A DNA stretch of 63,723 nucleotides, filler included, from Reticulomyxa filosa (taxonomy: Eukaryota; Protista; Foraminifera): the NCBI GenBank assembly GCA_000512085.1. It is 17 parts of 17 records of this genome, joined end to end, with 100 filler letters (N's around TTAATTAATTAA, not from the genome) between each part and the next. Parts side by side here need not be neighbours in the genome. Positions count along the whole stretch, not along the records: positions 1 to 3,989 come from ASPP01023500.1; positions 4,090 to 8,386 come from ASPP01004570.1; positions 8,487 to 10,913 come from ASPP01006430.1; positions 11,014 to 12,451 come from ASPP01024314.1; positions 12,552 to 13,551 come from ASPP01048510.1; 12 more parts are not named here. The stretch is one strand, 5' to 3'. Position numbers and translations under genes: made by a program. The notes under the pieces are model-generated. The model saw nothing but the letters and a program-made list of their open reading frames with translations, ran no database searches and was not told the DNA's origin. This document shows positions 1 to 13,551 of the stretch, in pieces. Each line of letters starts with the position of its first letter. The first letter of the stretch is position 1.

Positions 1-255
1 TTTTTTTTTTTTTTTTGGTATATGGGAAAAAAATCGAGTGACATTAATCCACTCCCCGAAAAAGGAAACGGAAGGGGTCATTAACAAGTTTTTTGTTAAA
101 AAAAAGGAGAGTAGAGGGATGAGAAGGAGGAGGGAGGAAAAAACATTTGGAAACGATTTTTTTTTTTTAGAGGGAAGGATTCTTTTTTAAAGATTGGAAA
201 AAAAATTGTATTTATATAAAAAAAAAAGAAATGGAAAACGTATCTCAAAGAAAAA

Positions 256-1953
256 ATGAGCATGTTTCGACGCAAATATGGCAATACTACGGAATGCAAT
301 TCGGTCGACGAAACAAACACGACAGCCGGCTCTCGACCCGCAAAGCGCCGTCGATTGAATGATAACGAAGAACTTGGGTTTAATGCGACAGAAATCACCG
401 TTGATGCAATAGATAATCGATATTTCGGTAATCTGTGTCATTTGCTTCAGTACTTGAATTTGATGGAAAGTAGTGTGGTCGGGTCGTTAATTTTAAACGA
501 CACATACCAAAGAGAAATCATTGGGAAAACGTTGGATTATTTGTCGAAAAAGAAAGTGCAATTGTTTAGTCATTACTTGACCATGATCAACTTCATTTGG
601 CCCAAGTCGACGATCAACATCAATCGAGCTCCTTTCCTGTCGGACAAAGATGAGAATGACGAAAATGCCATTGAACCGGCTTCTCATCAAGACACTGAAA
701 ATGCCAACGCTAATTCACATGCACATGCCAATGCGAATACCAATGAAAATGAAACTACTAATGCAAATGCAAATACAAATGCAAATACAAATGCAAATGC
801 AAATACAAATGCAAATACAAATGCGAATGCAAGTGTAACGAAATACAAAAACAGGTTTTTGCAAGAGGAAGAAGACGACGACAATCACGAAATTTTCAAA
901 TGGGAGCCCATTGCAACCAATGATATTGACAAAAAAAAGAAACTGAAAGAAAAAAGAACGTCGCCAAAACACGAGAATGAACTTACTCCTCTCTCTCTTC
1001 CCTTATTTTCAATCACTCCAGTGACAACCACAACTACAGCTATGACACCCGCGTCCATAATCACAACCATGTCCACAACAGCTGCAATGACTACAGCGAT
1101 GCATGAGCATCCAAGTTTCAAAAGTAGCAATAAAGAATCTGATACATTGCAATTTGCCATGGCCTCGGGATCCGAAGTCCATGCATCAAAGTTGAAAGAA
1201 ACAGATCACGACAAAGAACGAGACAAACAAACGGAAGCAGCGAAAAAGAAAAAAGACACCGAATCGGGCGCCTCTATCGCGTGGCGCAAGAAAAAACTAT
1301 CCTTTCTCGGAGACTCGGACAGTGATGCTAGTGTTGATTTGAAGGACTCAAAGGAATTAAAACAGCCTCCTCTTCTTCCTCCAAAACACAAAGACACACT
1401 TGATTCGCCGGCAACTGAAACTCGAATACCGAAGAAAATTCCTTCAGTTTTGCGTTTGTTTTTTTTTTGTTTGTTTATATGTACATAGCATCTGTGCATA
1501 TGCGCATACATATATTTGTGTTTATTCAATGCCGATAAGAGCGCGCCCAAACCTACAAATGTCATTTCCTCGAAACCTAACAAAGACACAACAAGTATTC
1601 CTGGTAACAGTTTGAATAAAGCTCCCCCAAATGTCCCTGAGCCTGAAACTGCCAATACAAAAAAAATGGTGGAAAAGAAAAAGAAAAAACCGATACTCAA
1701 ACGCTACAAATTGACCACGTACAGTGCCTTAAAGAAAGAAACCAGCAAAGGAAGCAATAATGAATCTTCCAAAAAACTTCCTGTTGGACCTACAACATCA
1801 CCTACCAGAAATCAAAGTGGAAGCGAGAGTGATGAAAACGACGATAATGTATCTACCACAAAGATGACAAGAATTTACTCTGAAGCTGATCAAAGTATTA
1901 TCGCAGATACCGGAGTAGACAACAACGAAATGAGCTCGGATTGGTTTTCTTGA
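256..1953 (+). CDS. Hypothetical low-complexity protein (Asn/Ala/Thr repeat, Lys-rich), 2 exons
   Basis: ORFs 256..1488 and 1516..1953 share a frame and are joined by a 93-nt GT-AG intron at 1447..1539 (TCA|gttttg...ataag|AGC). Basic NLS-like RPAKRRR near the N-terminus. Confidence 0.65.
760..832 (+). repeat. Coding hexamer repeat (AATGCA/AATACA)n
   Basis: Encodes NANANTNANT within the 256..1953 gene. Confidence 0.9.
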
Positions 1954-3380
1954 CATCTTTTATACAACAATATATCTGTCTCTTGCTACTTGTACTCCAA
2001 GTCTTTTTTACTTCGTTTATTCTTGAAAAATGTTTTTTGTTATTTGCTCTTTGTTGTTGTTTTTTACATGTCCGTTTGTTTTGTGGTTGTTCCTTTTTTA
2101 ATTGTGTGAAATGAGTATGTCTGACACCATCTAGAAAAGATTACATGCAATCAGCTGTGGCAAAAAAATTAAAGACACGATCCTTTTAGCTAAAAATACT
2201 CATTTTAATAAAACCCAAAACATTTACATCACATAAAAAAAACATTAGGTGAAAATCTTTTTTTAATGATGTAAAGTAATGATAATGCATGATTTTTTTA
2301 TGCCGCAGTAATTTGCGTTGTTAAGTTAATAAAACTACTTTATAAAACTTTGAATTAAGTTCATTTATACTCGTGCACTTTTAAACATAGAAAATTTTTT
2401 GGGCAAATATCAACAAAATAAATTAAATAAAAACATAATTACAAAACAAATAAATCACTATTAAGCAACAGCTCTCTTGAAAATTGGATTTATCCTAAGA
2501 ATTTGATTAAATGGCTTAGGAAATATAATATACTTGCAAGATATAATACTACTCTATATATGCACAAAATATCACCCAATGCTTGGTAGTCTTAATTCTT
2601 TCATTTTGTTTTGGAATATAATAACATGTTGTGACATTTAAATCGAATTTATTCCTTGGAGCAAATAGTTAATTGCAAATATAAGGATTGTGCTTCGATG
2701 TTTTTTGATGTGACATTAAATCATTAACAGAAAAAACTTTTTCATAAAGATTCCGAAAACGAATATTTCGTTTCTTGAATAAATCACACTTCATTTTTTA
2801 TTATTATATCAAACATTTCTTTGAAATACATCAATTAACAATTTGTTTGAAAAAAAAACATTTTTAAAATATTACATCGCTTCTCTGATCTTATTTTTCC
2901 TTAGTAACTTGACTCTCAAACTGACTTCAATGAGTCTATTTTCTAAGTAAAGTTTGTATTTTTAATAACTATTGTTGACTTGTTCATGAGCTGGGAAATC
3001 TTCGAGATTTTTCCAAAAAAGAACTACTGTTCCGAAATATACGATCAAATAGATACTATTTTTAGTAATTTGTGAACTTCGATTTTGCGTTCAAATGTAA
3101 AATCAAAATTTATGTAAAATTACGTGTCACGCCTTTTGAGTCAAATAAACTCAAAACCAACAATTTTTCGACGCTTTGTACCTCAGCACCCGAACAACAA
3201 AGACAAAGTTAAAAACAACGAGATGTTGGCACTTCCCCAAAAGGATGACAACAAAAGAGACAATCACTTATTGACGGAAAAAAAAAGAATGAAAGAACAC
3301 AGAGTAGAAGAAAAAAAGTTACAATACACAAATAAAAAAGTGGAAAAAAAAGGGAAAAAAATAAACGAAATTTTATTTTA

Positions 3381-3989
3381 TTATGTTTGTGTTGATCCTG
3401 CACTTTCTTCATCTGATGTTGACCGAGCCATCATTTGTGTGGTCATGATCGCTGTCGGCATTGCGTACACAGGTACATAACCCGCTCCTACAGTAAGTGT
3501 AAATAGTACAATTTCTTTTAAGAAAAATATTTACAAAAGAAGAAAGCTCATTATTTTACCTGGCGCCGGATAAGGATAGGCTCCTCCATAAGCATAAGTA
3601 TAGGGCATTGTATAAGATGCCCAAGTAGATGGATGTCCACCTGAAAGTAAAGCCGATGGAGGAGTAATAGTAGATGCGGACATAGTAGCAGGTAAATGTG
3701 TGAGCTGCGATGGTGTTTGATTCAGTCCATTGACAGGGGGGCCCATACTATACTGCTGCTGAGTTGGTACATACATTTGTTGCAGCAAAGGATGTTGTGG
3801 CTGGGCTTGTGATTGCATTTGTGATTGCATTTGTGACTGAAGTTGTGACTGGAGTTGTGATTGAAGTTGTGATTGAAGTTGTGATTGAAGTTGTGATTGA
3901 AGTTGTGATTGCATTTGTGGCTGCATTTGTGGCTGCATTTGTGGCTGCATTTGTGGCTGCATTTGTGGCTGCATTTGTGGCTGCATTTG
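3381..3989 (-). CDS. 3' part of a Gln/Pro-rich protein (5'-truncated by contig end)
   Basis: (QMQP)n/(QLQS)n 12-bp repeats; intron CCAG|gtaaaa...ctgtag; last exon reads AGYVPVYAMPTA...GSTQT*. Confidence 0.6.
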
Positions 3990-4089
3990 NNNNNNNNNNN
4001 NNNNNNNNNNNNNNNNNNNNNNNNNNNNNNNNNTTAATTAATTAANNNNNNNNNNNNNNNNNNNNNNNNNNNNNNNNNNNNNNNNNNNN
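3990..4089. other. Artificial contig linker N44-TTAATTAATTAA-N44 (first of 16)
   Basis: Identical 100-nt spacer with stops in all six frames, starting at 3990, 8387, 10914, 12452, 13552, 14841, 16206, 33931, 35917, 41543, 47575, 48742, 52018, 56657, 60831 and 62335. Confidence 0.98.
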
Positions 4090-6280
4090 TTCATTTAATG
4101 GTCTCATTCGTATTTGGGGATAATTTTCTTTTTTGTCGAATAAGCAATGAAAGTTTTTTTGTTTGAAAAGTTTGATAAAAGAAAAAGTAATGTGATATTA
4201 AACTTGTTTGATTTGATTGAATGCAAGTATTGAAAGATTTGTTTTATCTTAGTTTGTTGTTTGAAAAAGTTGCGGTCAATGTTTTTTAAAGAATTCAAAA
4301 GCATAATAAAAAAATTGTATTCAAATGCAAAATAAATTGCAAGATATTTCAAGTGTTGTGTTTTTTTTCATTATTGTTTGTTTTTGTATAGCATCGAACG
4401 CCCAAAACAGAATAAAGTAAAAAACAACATGGTGCATTGTCAGAAACAACACTTTCTCCTGAAGGAAGATATAAATAATTAGTAATTCAAAAAATGCAAT
4501 TACATAAAGGGACTTTTCAATATTTCAGGATAGTTCATTTTAAGTGTTTCTCTATGTTAAAGTTGCGTGCAAAGCGGATATATCCTTCCTGATATCATAT
4601 TCTGTATATCTTTACATTACTTAGGCATGTACAATAACAAGACATTATTTTGAACAATAATTTAAGAAACAAGTTCAATCTGGCGAGCAATTGATTGTTC
4701 TTGATATAATTGCATTTAATACAATGATCAAATGATGCACAAAAAGAAGAGATTCGGATATTATTACATTATCTTTATTTAATGATTGTTGGAATATGCA
4801 ATTTAACACTATGACATGTCTTTGATTGTTTATCAAAGAATTCTTTATCTTCAGACACAATTAAATTGAATTGTTCTGCATTCTTCATCACTGCAGTTGC
4901 AGTTTGTAATTTGGTTGAATTATCGTATAAAATTGTAAATATTCTAATACTTGATTAAAATTACCATCATAATATTCTTGATGCTTTTCCAATAATCTTT
5001 CATTTCCCTTTAAATAAATGACTTCACAATTGTAATTTCATATTTTTATAATTTTGTTACAAAATTCCTAATTTCAATACTATTTATTACATATTCACTT
5101 CGTTCTCTCGAATCTTCAATACTCTTTGTATGTTGTCTATTTTGTTGCTTTTAATTCATGAGACAATCCAGATTTGATTGAATATGAATACTGAAAATTG
5201 TTATCCTTCACAGGTATTGAACCACCACTTGCACAAATAGAATCTCAGAATTTTAGAACATTGCCTTGACGATCAGGACAACCTAAATGATGCATTTGCT
5301 GTATTTCCTTGTCTTTGTTTCTGTTCATTATTCAAACAAATAGAAGTGAATCTAGTATACTAAAATCAGAACCTGTTGTGAATAAGACACAAAGCAAAAC
5401 TTGTTGTGGTAGTGAGTTGACACACAGATAGCTTTGAGTATAGCGAAAGATTAAAGATTGAAATCAATGGAACAATTCCACACTGCACTTATTTGCATAG
5501 TCTGTTGGATATACTATAGTGAAGAAAGTATATTTCCAGTGTACTTGCGTAATTGGATAATAAGGAAGGTGTTTATAAACACCATGTAGTAATACATCCG
5601 GGTCATTCATTTTGATATTTCTGGCTTCCATTTACCAAATTCACATCGCAATGATATTAGTTTGTCACTCATTTAAAATTTATGTTTTCCTTGTTCCAAA
5701 GCCATTGAATACGGATTCAAGGATGTTTTCAAAATAGTTGTTTGTCCAATAATTGCATTAAATACGATTGTTGTTGAGAAATTGTGCTACAATTAATGTG
5801 TATTGTTAACATCAGTTTTAGAAAAGGATATTTGAACAAATTTGTTATTAAATGTATTTAACTTATTCTATATGATGAACCTTATGCTAATGTTTGTTCC
5901 CTCCGTCTCTCCCTTACCAAGTTCCATGTTTCTCCAATTATGCTAATACTTCTTGGAGTTGTTCTATTTGAGATAAAAAAGTAAATTAAGTAAAACAAAA
6001 AAATTCTTTCCAAACGAAGGAAAATCCTTGAACTTGTTGATTAATTTGTTGAAATGTCAATCAAATAAATCTAAAAAAAATACAAATTACAATATCTCTG
6101 TCACCCTCAATGAGGTTGTTTTTTTTGGTCAAGTTCATGATCTTAGAAAAAATTATAGTACAAATGCTTTTTATCCTTTAATAAGTCTTTAGTTAAGAGA
6201 TATCCAACAATCAAATTGTTTTGTCATGACTACTTTTAAAAAGAAAATTAAAAGTATAGTGATTTGTAGATATTTTAACT

Positions 6281-7546
6281 TTATTGCATTTTAATGTATT
6301 TAATAATAATTTTGTTAAAATCATCAATCCATCCTAATTTTATCTTTAAAACCCGACTCCAATATTGAATGATTATCTTTAACTCATTTTTTGACTATTG
6401 ATTGTTTTACGCAATAAAACTTATTTGTATTTTGTTATTAAAAAAAAAGATAGACACAAAAGATTGAAATGAATATTACCAAATTTGATGTATCCCTCCA
6501 TCCACTCACTTTCGTCTTCATGTGTATTGATAATATTTCTTTCTCATGTCCTCCAATAATATGCACATACGTGCTATCTTCACTCAATATTGCAACAAAA
6601 TCTGTTAATGAACTGGGTAAAGTATTTTCAAATGTAATCCATTTATACTCTCGAATTGAATACATATATACTGCTTTTGAAACAATAAAGTTCTCATCAA
6701 ATATATTGTTACATCCACCAAAGAACAATATGGCATCATTGATACACACATATGCATATCTAAATAATGGTGCAATATCATCACAAACCTGTAGTTGATG
6801 AAATTTAAAAATGTTGTTATCTTCATCATATTCAATTGATAGTCCTGTCTTGAAACAAAACAGCAGTATTTGACAATTTTGTTTATTTTTTGTCATCATT
6901 TGTTGTCCTTGTCCATTTTCTGAATTTGATACAAAGCAATGATAAAATATTATATTATTAGTTGGTAAAGTATCATGTTTAATAAATTGAAATGTATTTA
7001 AATCAAACACACTAATATTATTTTTATAATAAGTGATAAATAACAAATGATTGTTTCTTCCACCAATCAATGCACGCCTCCTCGATAATCATCATATTCT
7101 CTTCCTATGATAATTGAATGATTATCATTGTCTGTGAAAGGAATCCATTGATTGTAATTGTTTAATTTATTTGATTTTTTTGATATATTACTCCAAACAC
7201 TTACATATTTCATCGCCAATGTATATTTTTTTGTAAATGGAGATCCGCCAAAAGACAACAGTGTGATTTGATTGCTGTCTTTGCTATTGTTATCTACCAG
7301 TTTCACTACACAGTGTCCAACTAATGTAATATCACTTGGATACTCACAGATAAGCTTGTATTCGTTTTTGAGTGTATGATAAGAGTAACAAGCTCTTTGT
7401 TCATAACCTCCACAAATGAGGAGTTCATGTTTGTGTGTCACACATTGAGAATAAAAAAGTGGAGTAGGTAAATCCTTCAAGCTTTGAAAGGAAGTTGAAG
7501 TAATATTAAGTTGACTTTGTTTTTGTGTTGTAGTTTGATTACCCAT
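6281..7546 (-). pseudogene. Kelch-repeat protein of an expanded family, frameshifted
   Basis: Kelch blades (LLICGG, LLSFGG, ILFFGG, VHIIGG). A 1-nt deletion near 7078 breaks the expected YRG-x-RALIGG. The terminal exon reads ELKIIIQYWSRVLKIKLGWIDDFNKIII. Confidence 0.75.
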
Positions 7547-8786
7547 GTTAATGCTGCTAAAATTTTTAAAAACTTTTAACTTTTTAAAAAAGGGAGACGT
7601 GACATGAGCTTCTCTACAGAATTTTAGAAAATGTTTTCTCTTTCTGCCTGTTATTTAAAATGTGTTTTCATCTAATGTATGTTATAAAATAGAATGTTTT
7701 TTTTTATCACTTTATCCAGTCCATTATTTAATTGTGTTGCAATATTGAGTAAAGAAATGATGATCAATTCCCTTTATGTGAAATTGTCGTTCCATTACCA
7801 TATAAGATACAAACAAATAAATACTCATTATATTGTTTGCTATGACAAAGTTGGATTTAAATACGTATTGCCTTCTTCAAAGGTCTACATATTCCAATTT
7901 GGTATTAAAATGTTTATAAAATGCTTCCATTGCTGTTGATTAATATTTTATTTTTCTTCAGATCTAGAAAACAAATTTTATATTATGTTTAATACATCAC
8001 AACTCATCTTATAGTGAGACAAAAATCATACTAACTGTGATGTTTTATTCAAACTCATTCTTTAAACATACAAAAAATAATGTCCTTTTAAATGGATGTC
8101 TAATAATTTATAATTTAAGAAACAAGAGAAAGAAGGACTTGACAATGAAATATATTAGTTTCAAAATAGAATGCATTCATTTCTTATTATTTTCTTTGAA
8201 ATCTTTAATAAGTCTTAAAAATTTAGACTTATAAAATCAATAAAAATGAACTTGTTCTGTTGGCAATATAAATGTTTCATGCTATCAGTTGCAAACTCAA
8301 ATAAGTACAGTGATCTTTATTATCAACTATCAAATTTATTACATTACTTGATGAGATTGATTTCATATTCATCAAACAATTTACTANNNNNNNNNNNNNN
8401 NNNNNNNNNNNNNNNNNNNNNNNNNNNNNNTTAATTAATTAANNNNNNNNNNNNNNNNNNNNNNNNNNNNNNNNNNNNNNNNNNNNGATATGTTTTAGTC
8501 GTTCAGTTTTCTTTGCAACCTACTGTAGTTCTAGTCAACACTGTCAGTTACTCATTGTGGGACTTGGTAAATGAAAATGATGCAGAAATGTTTTGGCTTG
8601 TGAATCAAGAGAAAAAAAAACAACAAACAGTATATTTTTCAAACATAAAATTAAGCACTTAATGTTGGTAAACAAATTTCTTGCAAAAACTAGGCCAACT
8701 TTACAAGTTGCACTTTGAAAAAAAATGAAATGACAAATACACAAAGCGTGCATTGTTGTGAAATAAAATGAAAACATGCAATGGGT

Positions 8787-10053
8787 CTATTTTCTTTGAG
8801 CAAGTCCTAAAACAAAGTGGTAAAACATAGTACTCACTAGTCTTCCAGTTAAATAACTTTCAGCTTTGGGATTGAACTCACTACAATCCATCAGCCGTAC
8901 ATTGGAACATTTGCCTGCTTCCAAACAAATGGACATGGCCTCTTCACTGGTCAGTCCAATGGGTGAAGGACAACTGACTCCAGGACAGTCACTACTGCGA
9001 ATGCTATCAATATCAAAAGAAATGAACAAAGTATTGATGTTTTTCCCTCCTCGCATTCGTTTGAGTTCTTCCACAAACTGTTCCCGAATTGCAATTTTTT
9101 CAAGCGTTTCACGTTGTCGTAACACTTGAGTCAGCCACAAAATGGCATGTTCATTGGCTCCATTGTTATGTTTCTTAATATAGTCATAGTGCTCCATACT
9201 GCACTGATGTCCTTGCGCCGCAAATTCCGAAAAGATGCCCTTGTTATCGACAAAGTCTTTGTTTTCCAAAAGCAATCGAAAAGGAGACCCACTATGTTCC
9301 AATCCTGCTTTTTGAGGTCTCACATCAAAGTGAGCGTCAATGTTCATCACCCCAATGCCCCACGAGGATGACTTGGACTTGTCTTCGGTCGATGCCTTTT
9401 TCAAGACGTTTATCAAGGCCAACGCATTAAAATACGATTGATCATTGCTCCCTCCAATTACGAAAGGTATAAATCCATTACTCAATGCTTTGAACACTGT
9501 CACCGACAGACTGTTGTGTGCTTCGTCGTAGTCAAGCTTGGTATCTATGTCACCTGCGTCAAATATCTGCACTTTTTTACCTATCATTTTTTTTTTTTTT
9601 TTTTTGTGTAAACATCCCTTTTTACTCTTTTTCACCTCTTTGGATAGCCTTGTTGCTTCTCTAGCAATAACATTTTTTGTTGGTGGTGAACTTGGAAAAC
9701 AAAGAAATTTCTTGGCAAAAAAAAAAAAAAGGTACCCTCCCATGGAATTAACTGATATCAATGTCATATTCGGGATTAATCACAGTACCAATTTTGTAAA
9801 GGTGAAATCGAAACACTCCGGGGGCTTCTTTGCTTCCTTCTCGACCACCATTTCGAGCACATCCTTCGTCAAACGGAAAACCGATTATCACTACTCGAAT
9901 CAAATCTCCCTTGTTTTTCTCAACGTAGGAAATACACTCTTCCAAATCCTTACACTTGATAATTATATCTCGTAAGCGTGGGTCGTCTGTGGCAAATTTG
10001 GGCCCTCCTGATTGTTGTTCTTTGTTTGTTGAGGTATTGACGGCTTTTGACAT
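8787..10053 (-). CDS. hutG: Formiminoglutamase (arginase/ureohydrolase superfamily), 2 exons
   Basis: Motifs TDDPRL, GFPFDEGCARNGGREG, GGSNDQS, NIDAHFDVR, SFDIDS, PGVSCP and SEFNP. Intron 9581..9752 gives DIDIS-KKVQIFDAGD. Confidence 0.88.
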
Positions 10054-10422
10054 TTTAAAAAAAATGAAAGGGTATAACCGAAAGCTTCTTTTCGAACAAG
10101 CAGTTTTGGCATTCATTTCTTTTTACGTTGATCAAAACTTAATATGAAGGGCCAAAAAATGGCCTCTAAAAAAAAAGAAATACTGGCAACTGCGCTTCAT
10201 GGAAATGATAGATATCTTTTGTTTGAATAAAGGTTTGGTCAGCGAGGCAAGCAGTGAACTATTTTGTAAACTAGAAACTAAAAATCAAATCTGATGTTAG
10301 TTCTCTATACGAGAACGCACAGTAACAACAATGTAAAGTTGTTTTAAAAGAATGAACTAGTTGTAGTGGGGGTCTTTAGAAAATTATGTTTGCAAATTTT
10401 TCATTTTAACTTTCGACAGAAA

Positions 10423-10797
10423 ATGTCTCAGGAGGCAATAATTGAAGAAGATATAGTCATTCAATTTTGTCTAAATACAAACCGCACAATAGGAAAGACA
10501 TCTAAGTTATCAATAAAACATGATAAAAAACTGTTAAAAAACTTACTGCAGATATCCAAACAAAAGCTGCGCGTAAAGGTAATTATGTAGCTTGATATAA
10601 AAGGAGAAGAGGGAAGAGGAGAGAGGAGAGGAACACTAATAAATTGAGAGAGAAAGAATTGTGGGACGGTTTGCAATTGTGATAATTAAAAAGAAAAAAC
10701 CGACGCGCTTGTTTCTAGTGGAAACGGGCCAAGAGCTAACGGAAGACAATATAAACTCGTTGTTGACACAAACTAGAGCAACATATTTTCGTGGAAG
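10423..10797 (+). CDS. 5' fragment of an unknown protein, possible doublecortin/ubiquitin-like N-domain
   Basis: MSQEAIIEED...KQKLRVK|gtaatt...aaaaag|KKPTRLFLVETGQEL...|gtaagt; truncated by the contig end. Confidence 0.45.
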
Positions 10798-10880
10798 TAA
10801 GTGGATTAAGTGTTTAGTTTTTGTTTTTTTTATCTTGAGAAATTTTTTTTAAAAAAAAAGGGGGACTGCACGTGCATGCA

Positions 10881-10913
<33 letters not shown>

Positions 10914-12551
10914 NNNNNNNNNNNNNNNNNNNNNNNNNNNNNNNNNNNNNNNNNNNNTTAATTAATTAANNNNNNNNNNNNNNNNNNNNNNNNNNNNNNN
11001 NNNNNNNNNNNNNCAAATGTCCTTTTTCGTATAACAAAAACACTTGAGAAAACTGAAGTCTGTATTTTGCAGCAAAAGATGGGATGAAAATCTTTTGTTT
11101 AGCAGAAAGAAATGGATTATTAAAGGATGATTGAAGAAAATCCATTTTATCAAAATGAGAATGTGAAGTGGTATTATCTCTCAAAAATAGTGCTGTGTTG
11201 ACAAGAAATGAACTGTCCATTTTCTTTTTTTCTTCAAACATTTTCTTAAAAAAAAGGATGTTAGCATTTATTAACTTACTTTCTGATGTTATCAATGGAG
11301 CTTTCTTTGAAAAATTTCTTGTTGCAAAGAGGTACCAACTGAAATAGTGTCGACTTTTTAGAAAAAAAAACAGAGAAAAGAATGGACTTTGAAGTATTTA
11401 AAAAAAACCCACCCAAAGTTCAATGATCACTGATATGCAAAAGACAACACGTGTAGCTTTAAATGGTATTGCAGATGTGGAAAAACAAATGAAATGGAAT
11501 GAATTGTTGCATTTATGCGTGGAATTAGTAAATAACGGTAGAAGTTTGGAACCTTGAACGAAGTAAACTGTTATGTCATGACGAACTTAAGATATCATAA
11601 TGGTAATAATCATTTCTTTTCGAATTGACGCTGCAGCAATTGGACTATGAGCTTGTAATTAATATGCTCACAAAGTACTAATACATATCTGTGGAATTTA
11701 TATTTGGCAGCACAAAACAATAGAGTAATCTACAATGTCCAAAGAACAGTTAAAGATATTTTCATTTCGAAAAATTTTTTGATATCTCCAAATACTCGCG
11801 AATATGAAATTGAACTTGTAACATATGATGATTTGATTGTCACATAACAACTAGATTTTTTGATTATAGACTCATGAATTACACTTGCAATTATGTTGGA
11901 CGTATATTACGACATTTGCGATATGAACAATATCAAAATCATTATAGTCTGATACAAGCAAAGCCAAGCGAAAAAACGCTTATTCAAATGTACAATAATT
12001 TGGCAAGGTAATATGTAATGACAATTGACATATTGAATGATGAAATGATAATGATTGACATGATACTCCAATACACAATCGACATACGAATATCTAACAA
12101 CGTAATTATTCTGGGGCAAGCAATATTTGGCGCACTTCAACTTTGGATAAGAGATCGTTATCAAATTACCAGATGAAGAACAATACAAAGAATAGAAACA
12201 AATCGCAGAAAGTATATTAAAGTTGGCGTATTAAAGAATGAAGTCAAAGTAGATCTATTATATCATATCGCATATGAGTGGACTATATCGACGTCCAATG
12301 TTTTTCACTTGGGTCTCATATGCCAAAAAAAGGAGATGGAAAAATAATATTGGAGTATCTCAAGTTTTTATGTCGAATGCGGTACTCTTGGCCTCCTTCA
12401 ATTTTGCTGTGGTGTCTCCACTGGGCCAACTTCTTTTTTTTTACTTTCGTTNNNNNNNNNNNNNNNNNNNNNNNNNNNNNNNNNNNNNNNNNNNNTTAAT
12501 TAATTAANNNNNNNNNNNNNNNNNNNNNNNNNNNNNNNNNNNNNNNNNNNN

Positions 12552-13551
12552 TGGACACACTCGCTTCTGTTTTAATGGCAAACGTAAAATTAATATCCGA
12601 AAACCTGTCATTTTACGAACCTCGCCACTTCATGACGGAGACGAGGACGAAGATGGGGATGGAGACGAGAACGAAGATGAAGATGAAGATCAAGATGAAG
12701 ATGAAGATCAAGATCAAGATCAAGAAGAGGATGTTGACTACGGAGTACAATCGCCCCGTGTGACTGATTTTATACAGCTTGAATCGTCAGCTTCACCCGG
12801 GATAACCAACGACAACGGAGCTGCCTTGCCAAAGACAGGAAGAGACGTCCCTGCCGAATCTGTCGAAATTGTGCGTGCTTGCATTTTACATATATCTTTG
12901 TACATGTGCATGTTCAAACAAAGAAGAGCGAAGCAAATTGGTCACCATACGTACGCATTTGCATTCTTATAACATATGCTCATACATATATATATTATTC
13001 AATATATATATGTATGCATATATGTATATATTATATACATATGTGTGCATACATAAATACATAAACATATACACCAATATTTCTATTGTACGCGGATATG
13101 CGACATTCATCCCAATTAGGAAGACAGACGGAAAGGGGCATCTGCAAGTGTCATCGCGCCAAGTCATACTCTCTCTCCAGTTTCAACCACATCCAGTACA
13201 CCTGGCACATCAACAGCCCCAAACGCAGTCGGTAGCAACAACAATAAAAGCACTCCAAGGAAAATTATACGTAACGAAAGCGTAACATATCAACCTTCGT
13301 CTGGTGGGAAGCGATCCCACAACAATGCCAGTATGGTGACGTCAGTCACATCAAATCAACTGGGTCACGAACACGTCACTAGCGATCATTCGAAAAATGG
13401 AATAACAAACGCAAGCGCAAAACAAATCTCGTCAAATGACGACAAAATTGACGATACATTATCGTGGACAATGCCAATTAAATGGCCAAAATGCTTCAGA
13501 TCCAAAAACCGAAATGCAGAAACCAATGTCTCCTTCACTGTGGATGACATC
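12552..13551 (+). CDS. Internal fragment of an acidic, Ser/Thr-rich hypothetical protein
   Basis: Open frame GHTRFCF...(DE)n...AESVEI, then an (AT)n-rich intron gtgcgt...aattag, then EDRRKG...VDDI to the contig end. Confidence 0.5.

Noticed and set aside
4400-6050. Coding-like remnants on the minus strand (e.g. AVMKNAEQFNLIVSEDKEFFDKQ)
   Set aside because: Too many stops and no recognisable motif; probably an old pseudogene but not assignable.
11300-12451. Stop-riddled protein-like stretches on the plus strand
   Set aside because: No family could be recognised.
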